This document shows positions 1 to 8,651 of a stretch of DNA of 64,000 nucleotides, piece by piece. The DNA lies in NCBI GenBank assembly GCA_963837955.1, contig CAWIPH010000002.1, forward strand, positions 4,576,001 to 4,640,000. Direction: 5' to 3'. The first letter of the stretch is position 1, and every line of letters begins with the position of its first letter. The notes beneath the pieces are model-generated. The model was not told where the DNA came from, did not search any database, and worked only from the letters and a program-made list of their open reading frames with translations. Made by a program: the position numbers and the translations under genes. This DNA is from an uncultured Verrucomicrobiae bacterium. Lineage in GTDB: Bacteria; Verrucomicrobiota; Verrucomicrobiia; Chthoniobacterales; JAFAMB01.

Positions 1-175
1 ATCCTATTCGGCCACGACCGAGTCAGTCAATGCTTTGAGCGGAACTAACTTATCATTGCTATCGTGATTATCCTTGTTACCAGGATTCTCACTGTCAGAC
101 AAAAACGGCGCTGTTAGTCTGCGAAGCGCATAGCAAATAGCAGATGGCAGATAAGGCAGGAGCAGGAGTTAGTAT

Positions 176-508
176 TTAGGATCCAGGAGACTCGTCTATT
201 TCGCTAGTCTCCGATTTTCGCTGTAATATTTGGTTCCTTTGAAAAAGCAGAACAATCCCAACTACGGCCAAGGCAAAGGTAACAATACAGATCGCGAGCC
301 AGAAATATCTCCAGGGGGGGAGAAACACGATTGTCGTGAAGATGGCAGCAACAATTGCTATGAGGCTCATTCCAGTGCTGAAACCTAACATTGCAAACGC
401 GTAGTCATCCGCCGTTTCGAAGATTGGTGCAGAACTGAAAGGACGTTTCTGGGCGTTGGTCGCAACACCGCCCGGCGCAGCCCGATCCTCTCGTGAGGCT
501 GGTTTCAT
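176..508 (-). CDS. hypothetical membrane protein (2 TM helices)
   Basis: 110-aa ORF with two hydrophobic segments; its 3' end runs into a TAGTATTTAGGATCCAGGAG repeat. Confidence 0.5.
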   Translation of the reverse strand: MKPASREDRAAPGGVATNAQKRPFSSAPIFETADDYAFAMLGFSTGMSLIAIVAAIFTTIVFLPPWRYFWLAICIVTFALAVVGIVLLFQRNQILQRKSETSEIDESPGS

Positions 509-774
509 ACCAAAATCTATTGACCGGCTACTTTAGCGCTATCGGCCGTTAGTGTGACCCGCTGCGAATCCTATGGCCCATAGATCAATGAACTAAGGTT
601 AAACGCGCAGCGCAAAGTAATCAAAGCAGATAGCAAAGAAGACCCTAACGGGCGAGCTGAAAATAGCCGAGAGGCTCACAGATCCTGCCTTCGCTGGATC
701 TGTTTCGCCCTACCGCCCGCCGAACTCGTTCCCTTTCCTTGCGCTCCTTCAGAGCGACTCGCTTTTGGGAAATT

Positions 775-828
775 AACCCAGGGTTTCGCAAAGCCTCCAC
801 CCTGGGCTGAGTCCTCTTACGCCTTTGG
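775..828. repeat. REP-like palindrome ACCCAGGGT...ACCCTGGGCT-GAGTC...CGCCTTTGGCG
   Basis: Related copies at ~12567-12680 and ~19088-19279. Confidence 0.7.
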
Positions 829-865
829 CGTTTGACGCCCGGCGTTCCCGGCGTTCCCGGCGCTC

Positions 866-1489
866 TTACCCCACGGTCGCCAGCCATCGTTTGGCAATGT
901 CTACCGTTCCGTCGGTGAGCCCATGCCCGGCGTTCTCCAACGAGATAGTGACCTCTGCTCCGGCATTGCGAAGCGTGGCTACGAGCTGGAGGGCTTCAGC
1001 GGCCGGGATGATCTGGTCGTAACGGCCTGACACGACCAGCACGGGTACGCCTTTCAAATCGGGTAGCGGATCAGGAACGATTGGCACCATCGGTCGCAGA
1101 AGGACCGCACCAGCCAAAGTCCCCGGTCGAAGCAGGAGCAGACTTCCGGCAATGTTGGCGCCATTCGAGTAACCGACAGCAAACAGGTTTTTCCGATTAA
1201 GACCAAACTTCGTCGACGCTTGATCGATGAAGTCGGCAAGCTCATGCGTGCGGCGGATAAGATCTTCTTCATCAAAAATCCCCTCCGCCAGCCGGCGGAA
1301 GAACCGCGGCATACCGTTCTCCAGGACCTTGCCGCGCGGGCTAAGTAGGTTCGCATCGGCATCGAGCGCGCGCCCGAGCGGGATAAGATCGTTTTCATTG
1401 CCGCCGGTGCCATGAAGCAGCAGCAAGGTGCGGCTAGAACGGCCCGGGACGAAGGTATGCAGGAAATCGAGTGTTTGAGGCTGATTCAT
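866..1489 (-). CDS. alpha/beta hydrolase (phospholipase/carboxylesterase, MhqD-like)
   Basis: LLHGTGG, GYSNGA nucleophile elbow, GRYD and AGHGL motifs; 4-nt overlap with the VOC dioxygenase. Confidence 0.9.
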   Translation of the reverse strand: MNQPQTLDFLHTFVPGRSSRTLLLLHGTGGNENDLIPLGRALDADANLLSPRGKVLENGMPRFFRRLAEGIFDEEDLIRRTHELADFIDQASTKFGLNRKNLFAVGYSNGANIAGSLLLLRPGTLAGAVLLRPMVPIVPDPLPDLKGVPVLVVSGRYDQIIPAAEALQLVATLRNAGAEVTISLENAGHGLTDGTVDIAKRWLATVG

Positions 1490-2433
1490 ACGGTTGTCTT
1501 GGTCGGAACAGTTATCTTCGGCAAAATTTTTTCGATCTTCGGGCGTGCTTGTTCCATCCAGGACGGAAGACGCAAGCTGGCGCCCAGCTCATCGACCGAT
1601 TCGTCCAGGGTGAATCCTGGCGGATCGGTGGCCAGTTCGAAAAGCACACCGCCTGGCTCCCGAAAGTAGATCGAGTGAAAATAGGTCCGATCGATTATCG
1701 GGCTGACCTCGTAGCCCAGGCCGATCAGCTTTTCCCGCCACGCTATATGCTGTTCATCGTCAGGAACGCGGAAGGCGATATGGTGAACCGATCCGACCGC
1801 GGTCCGGCCCGGGTGAACATCGGGAGCGGAGATTAGGTCGATGGTTTTGCCAATCCCCGCTTCGCCAGGCGCTGTGAAACGGAACCGATTTCCGGTCTCC
1901 TGAACTAGGCGGTAGCCAAAAGCGCCGGTCAGCAGTTTCGCGGTTTCTTCGTGGCTTTGCAGTGCCGCTGAAACGCTGTGGAACCCGCGTATCGCATGTT
2001 CCGCCGAGCCTTCGCTCCATAGCACGACTTCATCGTTCGGAGTCGACTCAATCAATTCGATCAGCATTCCATCGGGATCCGCAAAACGAACAACTTCCTC
2101 GCCGAACCTCTTGGGCGTCCGCTCGGCGCTAACGTGCTGCTCTTTTAATCGGTCAAGCCAATAACCGGCCGAACCCGGCGGAATCGCAAAGGCGGTCGCG
2201 CTGATTTCACCGGAGCCACGAATACCCCGGCGGGCGTCAGGCCAGGCGAAGAACGTGAGGATCGTCCCCGGCGTACCGACCGCATCGCCGAAGTAAAAGT
2301 GGTAACTGCCGGGATCATCGAAATTGACGGTGCGTTTGACGAGTCGGAGCCCGAGCAATCCGACATAGAAGTCGAGATTGCGCTGCGGGTCACCGGCAAT
2401 CGCGGTAACATGATGAAGACCAGTTATGTTCAT
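1486..2433 (-). CDS. ring-cleaving dioxygenase, VOC/glyoxalase family (MhqO/MhqA-like)
   Basis: GLHHVTA, VKRTVNFDDP, VHHIAFR, DRTYFHSIYFREPGGVLFELATD. Confidence 0.92.
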   Translation of the reverse strand: MNITGLHHVTAIAGDPQRNLDFYVGLLGLRLVKRTVNFDDPGSYHFYFGDAVGTPGTILTFFAWPDARRGIRGSGEISATAFAIPPGSAGYWLDRLKEQHVSAERTPKRFGEEVVRFADPDGMLIELIESTPNDEVVLWSEGSAEHAIRGFHSVSAALQSHEETAKLLTGAFGYRLVQETGNRFRFTAPGEAGIGKTIDLISAPDVHPGRTAVGSVHHIAFRVPDDEQHIAWREKLIGLGYEVSPIIDRTYFHSIYFREPGGVLFELATDPPGFTLDESVDELGASLRLPSWMEQARPKIEKILPKITVPTKTTV

Positions 2434-2464
2434 TGGATTATCGAGATTTAAAAATCGGTGTCCT

Positions 2465-2947
2465 TCAGGCGGCTGTGCGGCTTAGAGCAGTCGCGCGAAG
2501 CGAGTTTTCTATCGTGGTATCCGCAGCCCATTTGCCCCCGCCCCGGATGATCAGTGCGACAGCCACGCTGATCGCGAGCAGGTGAAATTCGAAGCCTTCA
2601 CCCTTCTGGTTACCAGCCCAGTTCATGAACAAACCGTTTTGCCAGTGCACCATCGCCACTGCCACGAGCATGTTCGCCGCAATGCCGAGGGCGGCTAGGC
2701 GGGTGAACAGACCGAGAATCAACCCGATCGATCCGGCGAATTCCGCCGCAATAGCTAGGAAGGCAAAGAATGCCGGGACGTGCATCATCCCGGTGAAGAA
2801 ATCCATCGTAGCGCTAAAACCGTAGCCGCCAAACCAGCCTAGAACCTTTTGGGCACCGTGTGGAAAGAAGACTATGCCTAGCGATAGGCGGAGCAGAAGA
2901 CTGGAAACATCATTGTCGGTCTTAAGGAGGAAATTCAGTGCTTTCAT
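2465..2947 (-). CDS. DoxX family membrane protein
   Basis: LRLSLGIVFFPHGAQK, AEFAG, GEGFEFHLL. Start moved to ATG 2947 because the extension to 2980 is mostly a GAGATTT x3 repeat. Confidence 0.88.
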   Translation of the reverse strand: MKALNFLLKTDNDVSSLLLRLSLGIVFFPHGAQKVLGWFGGYGFSATMDFFTGMMHVPAFFAFLAIAAEFAGSIGLILGLFTRLAALGIAANMLVAVAMVHWQNGLFMNWAGNQKGEGFEFHLLAISVAVALIIRGGGKWAADTTIENSLRATALSRTAA

Positions 2948-3029
2948 GAGATTTGAGATTTGAGATTTGTGCTGGTTCATAATTCGGCCCTAGTTGGAAC
3001 TCCGACTAATGTTGGTTTAAGATTGCCGT

Positions 3030-3046
3030 TATGCGGTTTGCGCATA
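3030..3046. promoter_or_regulatory. LysR-type T-N11-A box (TATGC-N7-GCATA)
   Basis: Dyad TATGCGGTTTGCGCATA between divergent doxX and lysR. Confidence 0.65.
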
Positions 3047-3056
3047 TCCTGGCTGC

Positions 3057-3968
3057 GTGTTGACACAGCTTCGGGCGTTCCTGGTTGCCCTTGAGGAAGG
3101 GAGTCTTAACCGAGCTGCCATTCGGCTACGGATGTCGCAATCCGCGCTTTCCCGGCAGATGCAAGCACTCGAAAACGAGGTCGGCGGAGCATTGCTAGAA
3201 CGCACAACCGCCGGCGTTCGTCCGACCGATGCGGGACATGCGTTGGCGACTTCCTTGCCACGCGTTCTGGCCGAATACGATTCCGCAATGGCCGAGGCTC
3301 GCCGGCTCGCCCATGGCCAACGTGACCTTATCCGGGTCGGTTACCTCGGTTCCGCTGCCCAGATATTTCTGGATCCCGCCCTCTCCGCTTTGCGCCACAC
3401 CCATCCTGAAGTGAAGACAAAGCTTTTAGACCTTTCGCCCGGTGAACAGATCGTTGGGCTGCGCAAAGGAGAAATCGATCTCGCCCTGATCGGACAAGAA
3501 GGCGCTTTGCTTTCCAGCGAGTTTTACACCCACAAGCTAACGACGTTGCCGGTAGTCGCGGTAATGCCTGCTGATCATCCGTTGGCCTCGAGGAAGCGCA
3601 TTTCGCTCGATGAGTTGCGCGGTGAAAGTTTCATCAGCTCGCCCGAAGAAGACCTACCAGGGCGAGACCGCTGGATTACTCAACTCTGCCGCCGAGCTGG
3701 GTTCCGGCCAAAATTCGTGCAGGAAGCAGCCAGCGTTTCGCAGATGTTTACCCTGATCGGAAGCGAAGGTGCGGTCACATTGGTCCCGGCCTATCTGAAA
3801 AGTTTTCCCGTCGCCGGCGTCGCGATGGTGCAACTCTCGGATATCAAAGCCACCTGGGATTTTCTGGTCGTCTGGCAACGTGGCCGAACCGCCAAATCGT
3901 TGCGGGCACTGCTCGACGCACTAGCGGCGACCGCGAATAATCTCACGCAAAGACGCGGCGGGGAATAA
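3057..3968 (+). CDS. LysR family transcriptional regulator
   Basis: N-terminal HTH (GSLNRAA..L.MSQSALSRQMQALE), substrate-binding domain. Confidence 0.95.
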   Translation: MLTQLRAFLVALEEGSLNRAAIRLRMSQSALSRQMQALENEVGGALLERTTAGVRPTDAGHALATSLPRVLAEYDSAMAEARRLAHGQRDLIRVGYLGSAAQIFLDPALSALRHTHPEVKTKLLDLSPGEQIVGLRKGEIDLALIGQEGALLSSEFYTHKLTTLPVVAVMPADHPLASRKRISLDELRGESFISSPEEDLPGRDRWITQLCRRAGFRPKFVQEAASVSQMFTLIGSEGAVTLVPAYLKSFPVAGVAMVQLSDIKATWDFLVVWQRGRTAKSLRALLDALAATANNLTQRRGGE

Positions 3969-4073
3969 TCTCACGCAAAGGCGCAAAGACGCAAAGGATG
4001 GGGCAGAAGTTAGAAGCTGGAAGTTAGAATGTTCCGACCAGGCGCAAGCCTAAATCGCGGGCCAGTACGCTGA

Positions 4074-4136
4074 CCTGTCCCGCCGACGTGTCCACCATAG
4101 CTTAGCGCGAAGGGCGGAAGGTCCTGCGATGGAGGA
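4074..4136. mobile_element. mini palindromic element nested inside itself
   Basis: CCTGTCCCGCCGA[CGTGTCCACCATAG...GAAGGGCGGA]AGG...GGAGGA with GA duplications. Confidence 0.55.
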
Positions 4137-4242
4137 TTAGCCGCAAAAAACTGCAGGCGACTGCTGGCTACCGATTAGTCATTAGCGACGCCTGACTGCC
4201 GGCTTCTAATCTTCCTGGCGATCCCGCAGAATTGCATTCCAC

Positions 4243-4629
4243 ATGAAGATGCAATTCAAAACGGCATTTGCGGTCCTCGCTGGAGTTGGACTTGGTATGG
4301 CAGCCGTACATGGACTCCATGCCGGACTGAATAAGGCGCCACCTGCATTTGTCATCTCAAACATCGAGGTGACCGATCAGGCGAAATATCAGAAATACGC
4401 GGAGGCATCAGCCGCGGCCCTCGACGCCTACCATGCCAAAATCTTGGTCCGGGGCGGAAAAACGGTAGTCTTCGACGGGCGTGCCCCGCAGCGAGTTATC
4501 GTGATCGAATTCGCGAGCATGGCAGACGCCCAACGCTGGCGTTCTTCGCCGGAATTTCAAAAGCTCAAGCTGCTGCAACAACAGTCGTCAACCTACATCG
4601 AAAGTTTTGCGATCGAAGGTGTGCAGTGA
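4243..4629 (+). CDS. DUF1330 domain protein with N-terminal signal peptide
   Basis: LVRGG, VIEFAS..AQRW..SPEF, IEG motifs; hydrophobic N-terminus. Confidence 0.85.
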   Translation: MKMQFKTAFAVLAGVGLGMAAVHGLHAGLNKAPPAFVISNIEVTDQAKYQKYAEASAAALDAYHAKILVRGGKTVVFDGRAPQRVIVIEFASMADAQRWRSSPEFQKLKLLQQQSSTYIESFAIEGVQ

Positions 4630-4653
4630 ACAATATTCCGACTAAAGAATGTT

Positions 4654-5025
4654 ATGCACGTAAAGACGTGGGTTTTGGCTCTAACGATTCTGTTACCGCT
4701 CGGCGCCATGGCTGATACGCAGCAACAGCTGGCCGTTTACCGCCAACAGATCGATTCGCTGGATCAACGTATTGTTAAGCTCATTCAGGATCGGGCAGGA
4801 GTGGTCGAAAAGGTGGGCGCACTCAAGCGCGAAGCACATCTGCCGGTGACGGTTCCAAGTCGGGAACAGCAGGTCATTAAAAAAGCGGAAGACCTAGCCA
4901 AGACCGGCCCGCTTCCAGCTGAAGCTGTTGGCCGTATCTACCAGAAACTCGTTCAGGAAATGCGGGATTGGGAAGCAAAACTCAACGCCACAGCGAACTC
5001 CAAGCTGCCGGCTAAGAACAACTAA
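4654..5025 (+). CDS. exported chorismate mutase (AroQ/CM_2 fold)
   Basis: Signal peptide ending AMA; RQQIDSLD..IV.LI..R....VG.LK....V..P.RE. Confidence 0.85.
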   Translation: MHVKTWVLALTILLPLGAMADTQQQLAVYRQQIDSLDQRIVKLIQDRAGVVEKVGALKREAHLPVTVPSREQQVIKKAEDLAKTGPLPAEAVGRIYQKLVQEMRDWEAKLNATANSKLPAKNN

Positions 5026-5172
5026 GTATTCGGTCGAAGCGATGAGTCCAACTTCGTTTCCTCTGTTACCTTCTGTTCAAGAATCCGGCTTCGCGTCTTT
5101 GCGTCTTTGCGTCTTTGCGTGAGATTATTCCGGCCGAGCGGGAGCTCAGCCCTACCGTCTTTGCGTGAGGCG

Positions 5173-5670
5173 TCATAGATCGCGGACGCCGGTTTGGCGA
5201 AACAGACCGCGCCGGCCAGGTCTTTGTTGAAGGCAGGCCATCATGGTAAATCCGGCAACTAGCGGGAAGGGTCCCATTAAAAGCCAGAATGCGGGGCGGT
5301 CAGTGTAAACGGCCGCAATTGTCGCGATGAGTAGTAGCGTCAGGGCAAAAGAAGAAGCAGTCATGTCGCCTTTGGTCCGATCAGACCGCTTCGGCTGCCT
5401 TCGGTCTCTCGCCGAATCGCGAAAGATATCGCGTGAACGCGTGAGGTCTCGCGCTAGTCTCTGCCGTTTGGCGGGTTCGTTTTGATTGATCGTAACAAGG
5501 TCGTTTCCGGTGATCGGCGACTGATTGTCGCAGCCCAGGTCTTGCGTCGTCTCAAAGATCTCTCCGAGCCGTTGCTTTGCCAGTCGGCTGTTCCAGAGGA
5601 ATTCAGTAGGTGGAGAGCTCATATTTGTCCTTTCCGTAAAGCTTGGTCGCTCGATCAACTGTTCGTTCAT
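5173..5670 (-). CDS. hypothetical protein with C-terminal TM hairpin
   Basis: 165-aa ORF, two hydrophobic C-terminal segments. Confidence 0.45.
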   Translation of the reverse strand: MNEQLIERPSFTERTNMSSPPTEFLWNSRLAKQRLGEIFETTQDLGCDNQSPITGNDLVTINQNEPAKRQRLARDLTRSRDIFRDSARDRRQPKRSDRTKGDMTASSFALTLLLIATIAAVYTDRPAFWLLMGPFPLVAGFTMMACLQQRPGRRGLFRQTGVRDL

Positions 5671-5720
5671 TTCAATTAAGCGACGAACGAGCCGCGAGAT
5701 TCAGGACACTCGCTTCGCAG

Positions 5721-5891
5721 ATCTCACGCAAAGACGCGGAACCGGTAGGAAATGATCTCACGCAAAGACGCAAAGGCGCAAAGGATCGGACAGCAGAATT
5801 TGGAATTTGGATTCGGGAGGCGCAGGCGAAGCGCATGACAGATGACAAATGACAAATGACAGATAGCGGATAGCAGATAGCAGATAGCAGA
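5721..5891. repeat. repeat island: CACGCAAAG units, GAATTTG units, GCGAAGCGCA-(TGACAAA/TAGCAGA)n
   Basis: Visible 7-8-bp tandem repeats. Confidence 0.8.
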
Positions 5892-5957
5892 GTGTGGTTG
5901 CGACGCATGGGGCTCTTTTGAGCTCTGTGAAAATTTAACAGAATCGGGCTTGATTCT

Positions 5958-6806
5958 GTGATTAAATCACAGTACGACGAAGGTGTGTCTTCCCCCGGAC
6001 GTATAAAGGACCGAGCAGCGTTTATCCTCGACGTGGTCGACCGGCAGGGGTCGGCATCCTACGTGGCGCTGGCCGAATCGCTGGAGGTCTCCACCATGAC
6101 CGTTCGACGCAATTGTGACGAACTGGTCCGGCTCGGGAAAGTCATCAAGACGATTGGGGGGATTCAACGAGCCCACGCGCCCGCTTCCCTATACGAGAAC
6201 ACAGTCCGCGGGCGTATCGCTACCAACCGAGCGGAAAAGAGGGCTATTGCAGCGAAGGCGCTCGATCTTATCCTAAACAATCAGACGATTTTTATCGATG
6301 GTGGTACGACGAATCTGGCGCTGGCGGAATTGATCGCCGATCGGCGCACAGGCTTAACGATTCTTACAAACTCTGCTCTGACCTGTGTCGAGCTAAGCAA
6401 AGGCCAAAATACGGTCATTGGGATCGGCGGTGAATATGATCCGGTGACCCTATCGTTTGTCGGATCGCACGCCGAAGAGATGGCGAAATCTTTCTTTGTG
6501 GATCAAGCCTTTCTGACCACGAAAGGTTTTCTGCCTGCGGATGGCACTTACGAGTCCGCGGTCGCAACCTTCCGCATCAAGCAAATCGTGGCGGAACGTG
6601 CCGTGGAAACCGTATTGCTGGTCGATCACACTAAGTTCGGCCACCGCGCACTGAGCAAAGTGCTCGATATCTCGCAAATTCAGCAAGTTGTCACTGATGA
6701 ACGTACTTCGAAATCAGATCTCGCTTCGTTACGGCGAGCGGGCATCAGCGTTAGTGTAGCCGCGCTGGCAAAAGTGGAGTCCCGGTATGCCGCTCAGGCC
6801 AATTAG
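5958..6806 (+). CDS. DeoR/GlpR family transcriptional regulator
   Basis: VSTMTVRR HTH, IFIDGGTT, TNS, DHTKFG. Confidence 0.93.
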   Translation: MIKSQYDEGVSSPGRIKDRAAFILDVVDRQGSASYVALAESLEVSTMTVRRNCDELVRLGKVIKTIGGIQRAHAPASLYENTVRGRIATNRAEKRAIAAKALDLILNNQTIFIDGGTTNLALAELIADRRTGLTILTNSALTCVELSKGQNTVIGIGGEYDPVTLSFVGSHAEEMAKSFFVDQAFLTTKGFLPADGTYESAVATFRIKQIVAERAVETVLLVDHTKFGHRALSKVLDISQIQQVVTDERTSKSDLASLRRAGISVSVAALAKVESRYAAQAN

Positions 6807-7674
6807 CGAGCTCATCCAGCACGCGCGAGAGCACCGATACGCGTTGGGCTACTTCGAGAGCTGGAATCTGGAATCTCTCCAGGGTGTTCTCGATGCGGCC
6901 GAAGCGACGCGATCACCTATCATCATCGGTTTCAACGGCGAGTTTTTGAGTCACCCCGATCGCAAATTATTTGAGCGCCTGCAGTGCTATGCCGAACTGG
7001 GGAAAGCGGGAGCTGCCTCCGCGAGTGTGCCGTGCGGATTGATTTTTAATGAATGCCCGAACGACGAGTGGGTGCGCAATGCCGTTCTCGCCGGATTCAA
7101 TCTTGTCATGCCGGCAGATCCCGCTGCCCCCTATGAAGATTACCGCCATCGAGTCGGAGCATTGACTGAGTTTGCCCATCATTACGGTGTCGCGGTGGAG
7201 GCCGAGGTTGGTCACTTACCATCCGGAACCGCTGGAACACAAAACGGGAGCCACCTGACTGATCCGGAATTGGCGGCCCGCTTTATCGAAGATACCGAAG
7301 CCGATCTGCTGGCTGTCAGCGTCGGTAACGTTCATATCATGATCAAAGGCGAGCAGGACCTTGATCTGGAACGTTTGTCTCAGATCTGCCTGCGTGTTGC
7401 TAAGCCACTCGTTTTACACGGCGGAACTGGTATCAGTGCGAGCTCTCTCCGCGAGGCCATCCACTTAGGAGTAACCAAAGTGAATTATGGTACATACCTG
7501 AAGCAACGGTACCTCCAGGCGGTGCGCACGAGTATTGCGACACACGTAGACAATCCTCATGAATTGTTCGGTATCGGTGGTGAACGTGATGTGATGATGG
7601 CGGGCCGGTTGGCCGTGCGCGATGCAGTTCTGGAGCGTATCGGATTGCTCGGCTGTTGCGGAAAGGCGAACTAG
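6787..7674 (+). CDS. class II (metal-dependent) aldolase, FBP/TBP-aldolase family, divergent
   Basis: VEAEVG, TDPE.A..F, LAVSVGNVH, LVLHGGTG, KVNYGT; the HLDH motif is replaced by FNEC. Confidence 0.85.
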   Translation: MPLRPISELIQHAREHRYALGYFESWNLESLQGVLDAAEATRSPIIIGFNGEFLSHPDRKLFERLQCYAELGKAGAASASVPCGLIFNECPNDEWVRNAVLAGFNLVMPADPAAPYEDYRHRVGALTEFAHHYGVAVEAEVGHLPSGTAGTQNGSHLTDPELAARFIEDTEADLLAVSVGNVHIMIKGEQDLDLERLSQICLRVAKPLVLHGGTGISASSLREAIHLGVTKVNYGTYLKQRYLQAVRTSIATHVDNPHELFGIGGERDVMMAGRLAVRDAVLERIGLLGCCGKAN

Positions 7675-7676
7675 CC

Positions 7677-8651
7677 ATGGCTCGGATCGGTTGCGCAGGC
7701 ATTCTGGTGAAGGACATGTTTTGTGGCCCGCTCCAAGCACTTCCGCGTCCGGGAGAATTAGTGGCGGTCGATGCGATCAGAACAAAAGCGGGCGGATGCG
7801 CAGCAAATGTCGCGATCGATTTGCGGAAGCAAAACCTGACAGTCGATTTGGTCGGATGTCTTGGCCGGGATGCAGCCGGTGAGACGCTGGTGAAAGAGTT
7901 GCAAGCGGCTCGGGTCAATTGCGATCAATTGGCTTATACAACGGAATATCCAACCAGCGAAACGGTCATCCTGTTAGTGGAAGGGGAAGATCGTCGCTAC
8001 CTGCACGCTTTCGGCGCGAACCAGGCATTCACCGTCAGCCATATTGGTCGCGACTGGCTGGCTGAGCTGGATGTGTTCTACCTCGGCGGGCTCTTCGCCA
8101 TGCCGGGAATCGTAACGGATGAATTGCTTCGGCTACTAGCTTTCTGTCGCGAGCAAAAAGTGGTCACAGTTGTCGACGTGGTTCTACCCACCAACTTCAA
8201 ACGCGCCGCCGAAATGGAAAAACTCCTTCCGTATATTGATTGGTTTTTGCCGAATAATACGGAAGCAGCTGTGTTAACCGGACAGACCGACCCTTTAGAG
8301 GCGATTGGTGTTTTTCGAAATTGGGGCGCGCATGGCTTAGTGCTAACGCTGGGCGAGCGAGGAGCGGTTGGTGTCCTCGGAAATGAATGTTGGCGCTGCC
8401 ATGCTTACCCGTGGCAAGCGGTTGACCCATCCGGGGCCGGTGACGCATTTGCCAGCGGCTTAATTGCCGGAATCGTGAACGGCTGGGATTTCCCCAGGAG
8501 TTTAGTGTACGCAAGCGCACTGGGGGCATCGGCGACGCGGGCGGTCGGCACCACTGACGGCGTGCTCACAAATGTCGAGGCCGAGCAACTGATTAATGAA
8601 CAGCCGGTCACGGTGAGTCGCGAACATCTACCAAAAACAGCACCCCTATGA
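7677..8651 (+). CDS. PfkB/ribokinase family carbohydrate kinase
   Basis: GGCAANVA, GRDAAG, PNNTEA, DPSGAGDAF. Confidence 0.93.
   Translation: MARIGCAGILVKDMFCGPLQALPRPGELVAVDAIRTKAGGCAANVAIDLRKQNLTVDLVGCLGRDAAGETLVKELQAARVNCDQLAYTTEYPTSETVILLVEGEDRRYLHAFGANQAFTVSHIGRDWLAELDVFYLGGLFAMPGIVTDELLRLLAFCREQKVVTVVDVVLPTNFKRAAEMEKLLPYIDWFLPNNTEAAVLTGQTDPLEAIGVFRNWGAHGLVLTLGERGAVGVLGNECWRCHAYPWQAVDPSGAGDAFASGLIAGIVNGWDFPRSLVYASALGASATRAVGTTDGVLTNVEAEQLINEQPVTVSREHLPKTAPL

Larger units (their letters stand above)
3962..5131. repeat. 35-bp inverted repeat pair (3962-3996 / 5097-5131) of the TCTCACGCAAAG(ACGCAAAG)n family
   Basis: GGAATAATCTCACGCAAAGRCGCAAAGACGCAAAG on opposite strands, 1 mismatch; extra outer copies at ~3937-3957 and 5156-5169. 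Confidence 0.8.

Noticed and set aside
1..117. Possible 3' end of a membrane-protein gene (LIIAIVIILVTRILTVRQKRRC*)
   Set aside because: An in-frame TAA immediately precedes it; cannot be supported
5721..5891. CRISPR array
   Set aside because: Short tandem units without constant repeats and unique spacers; no cas genes. The same applies to the other repeat islands
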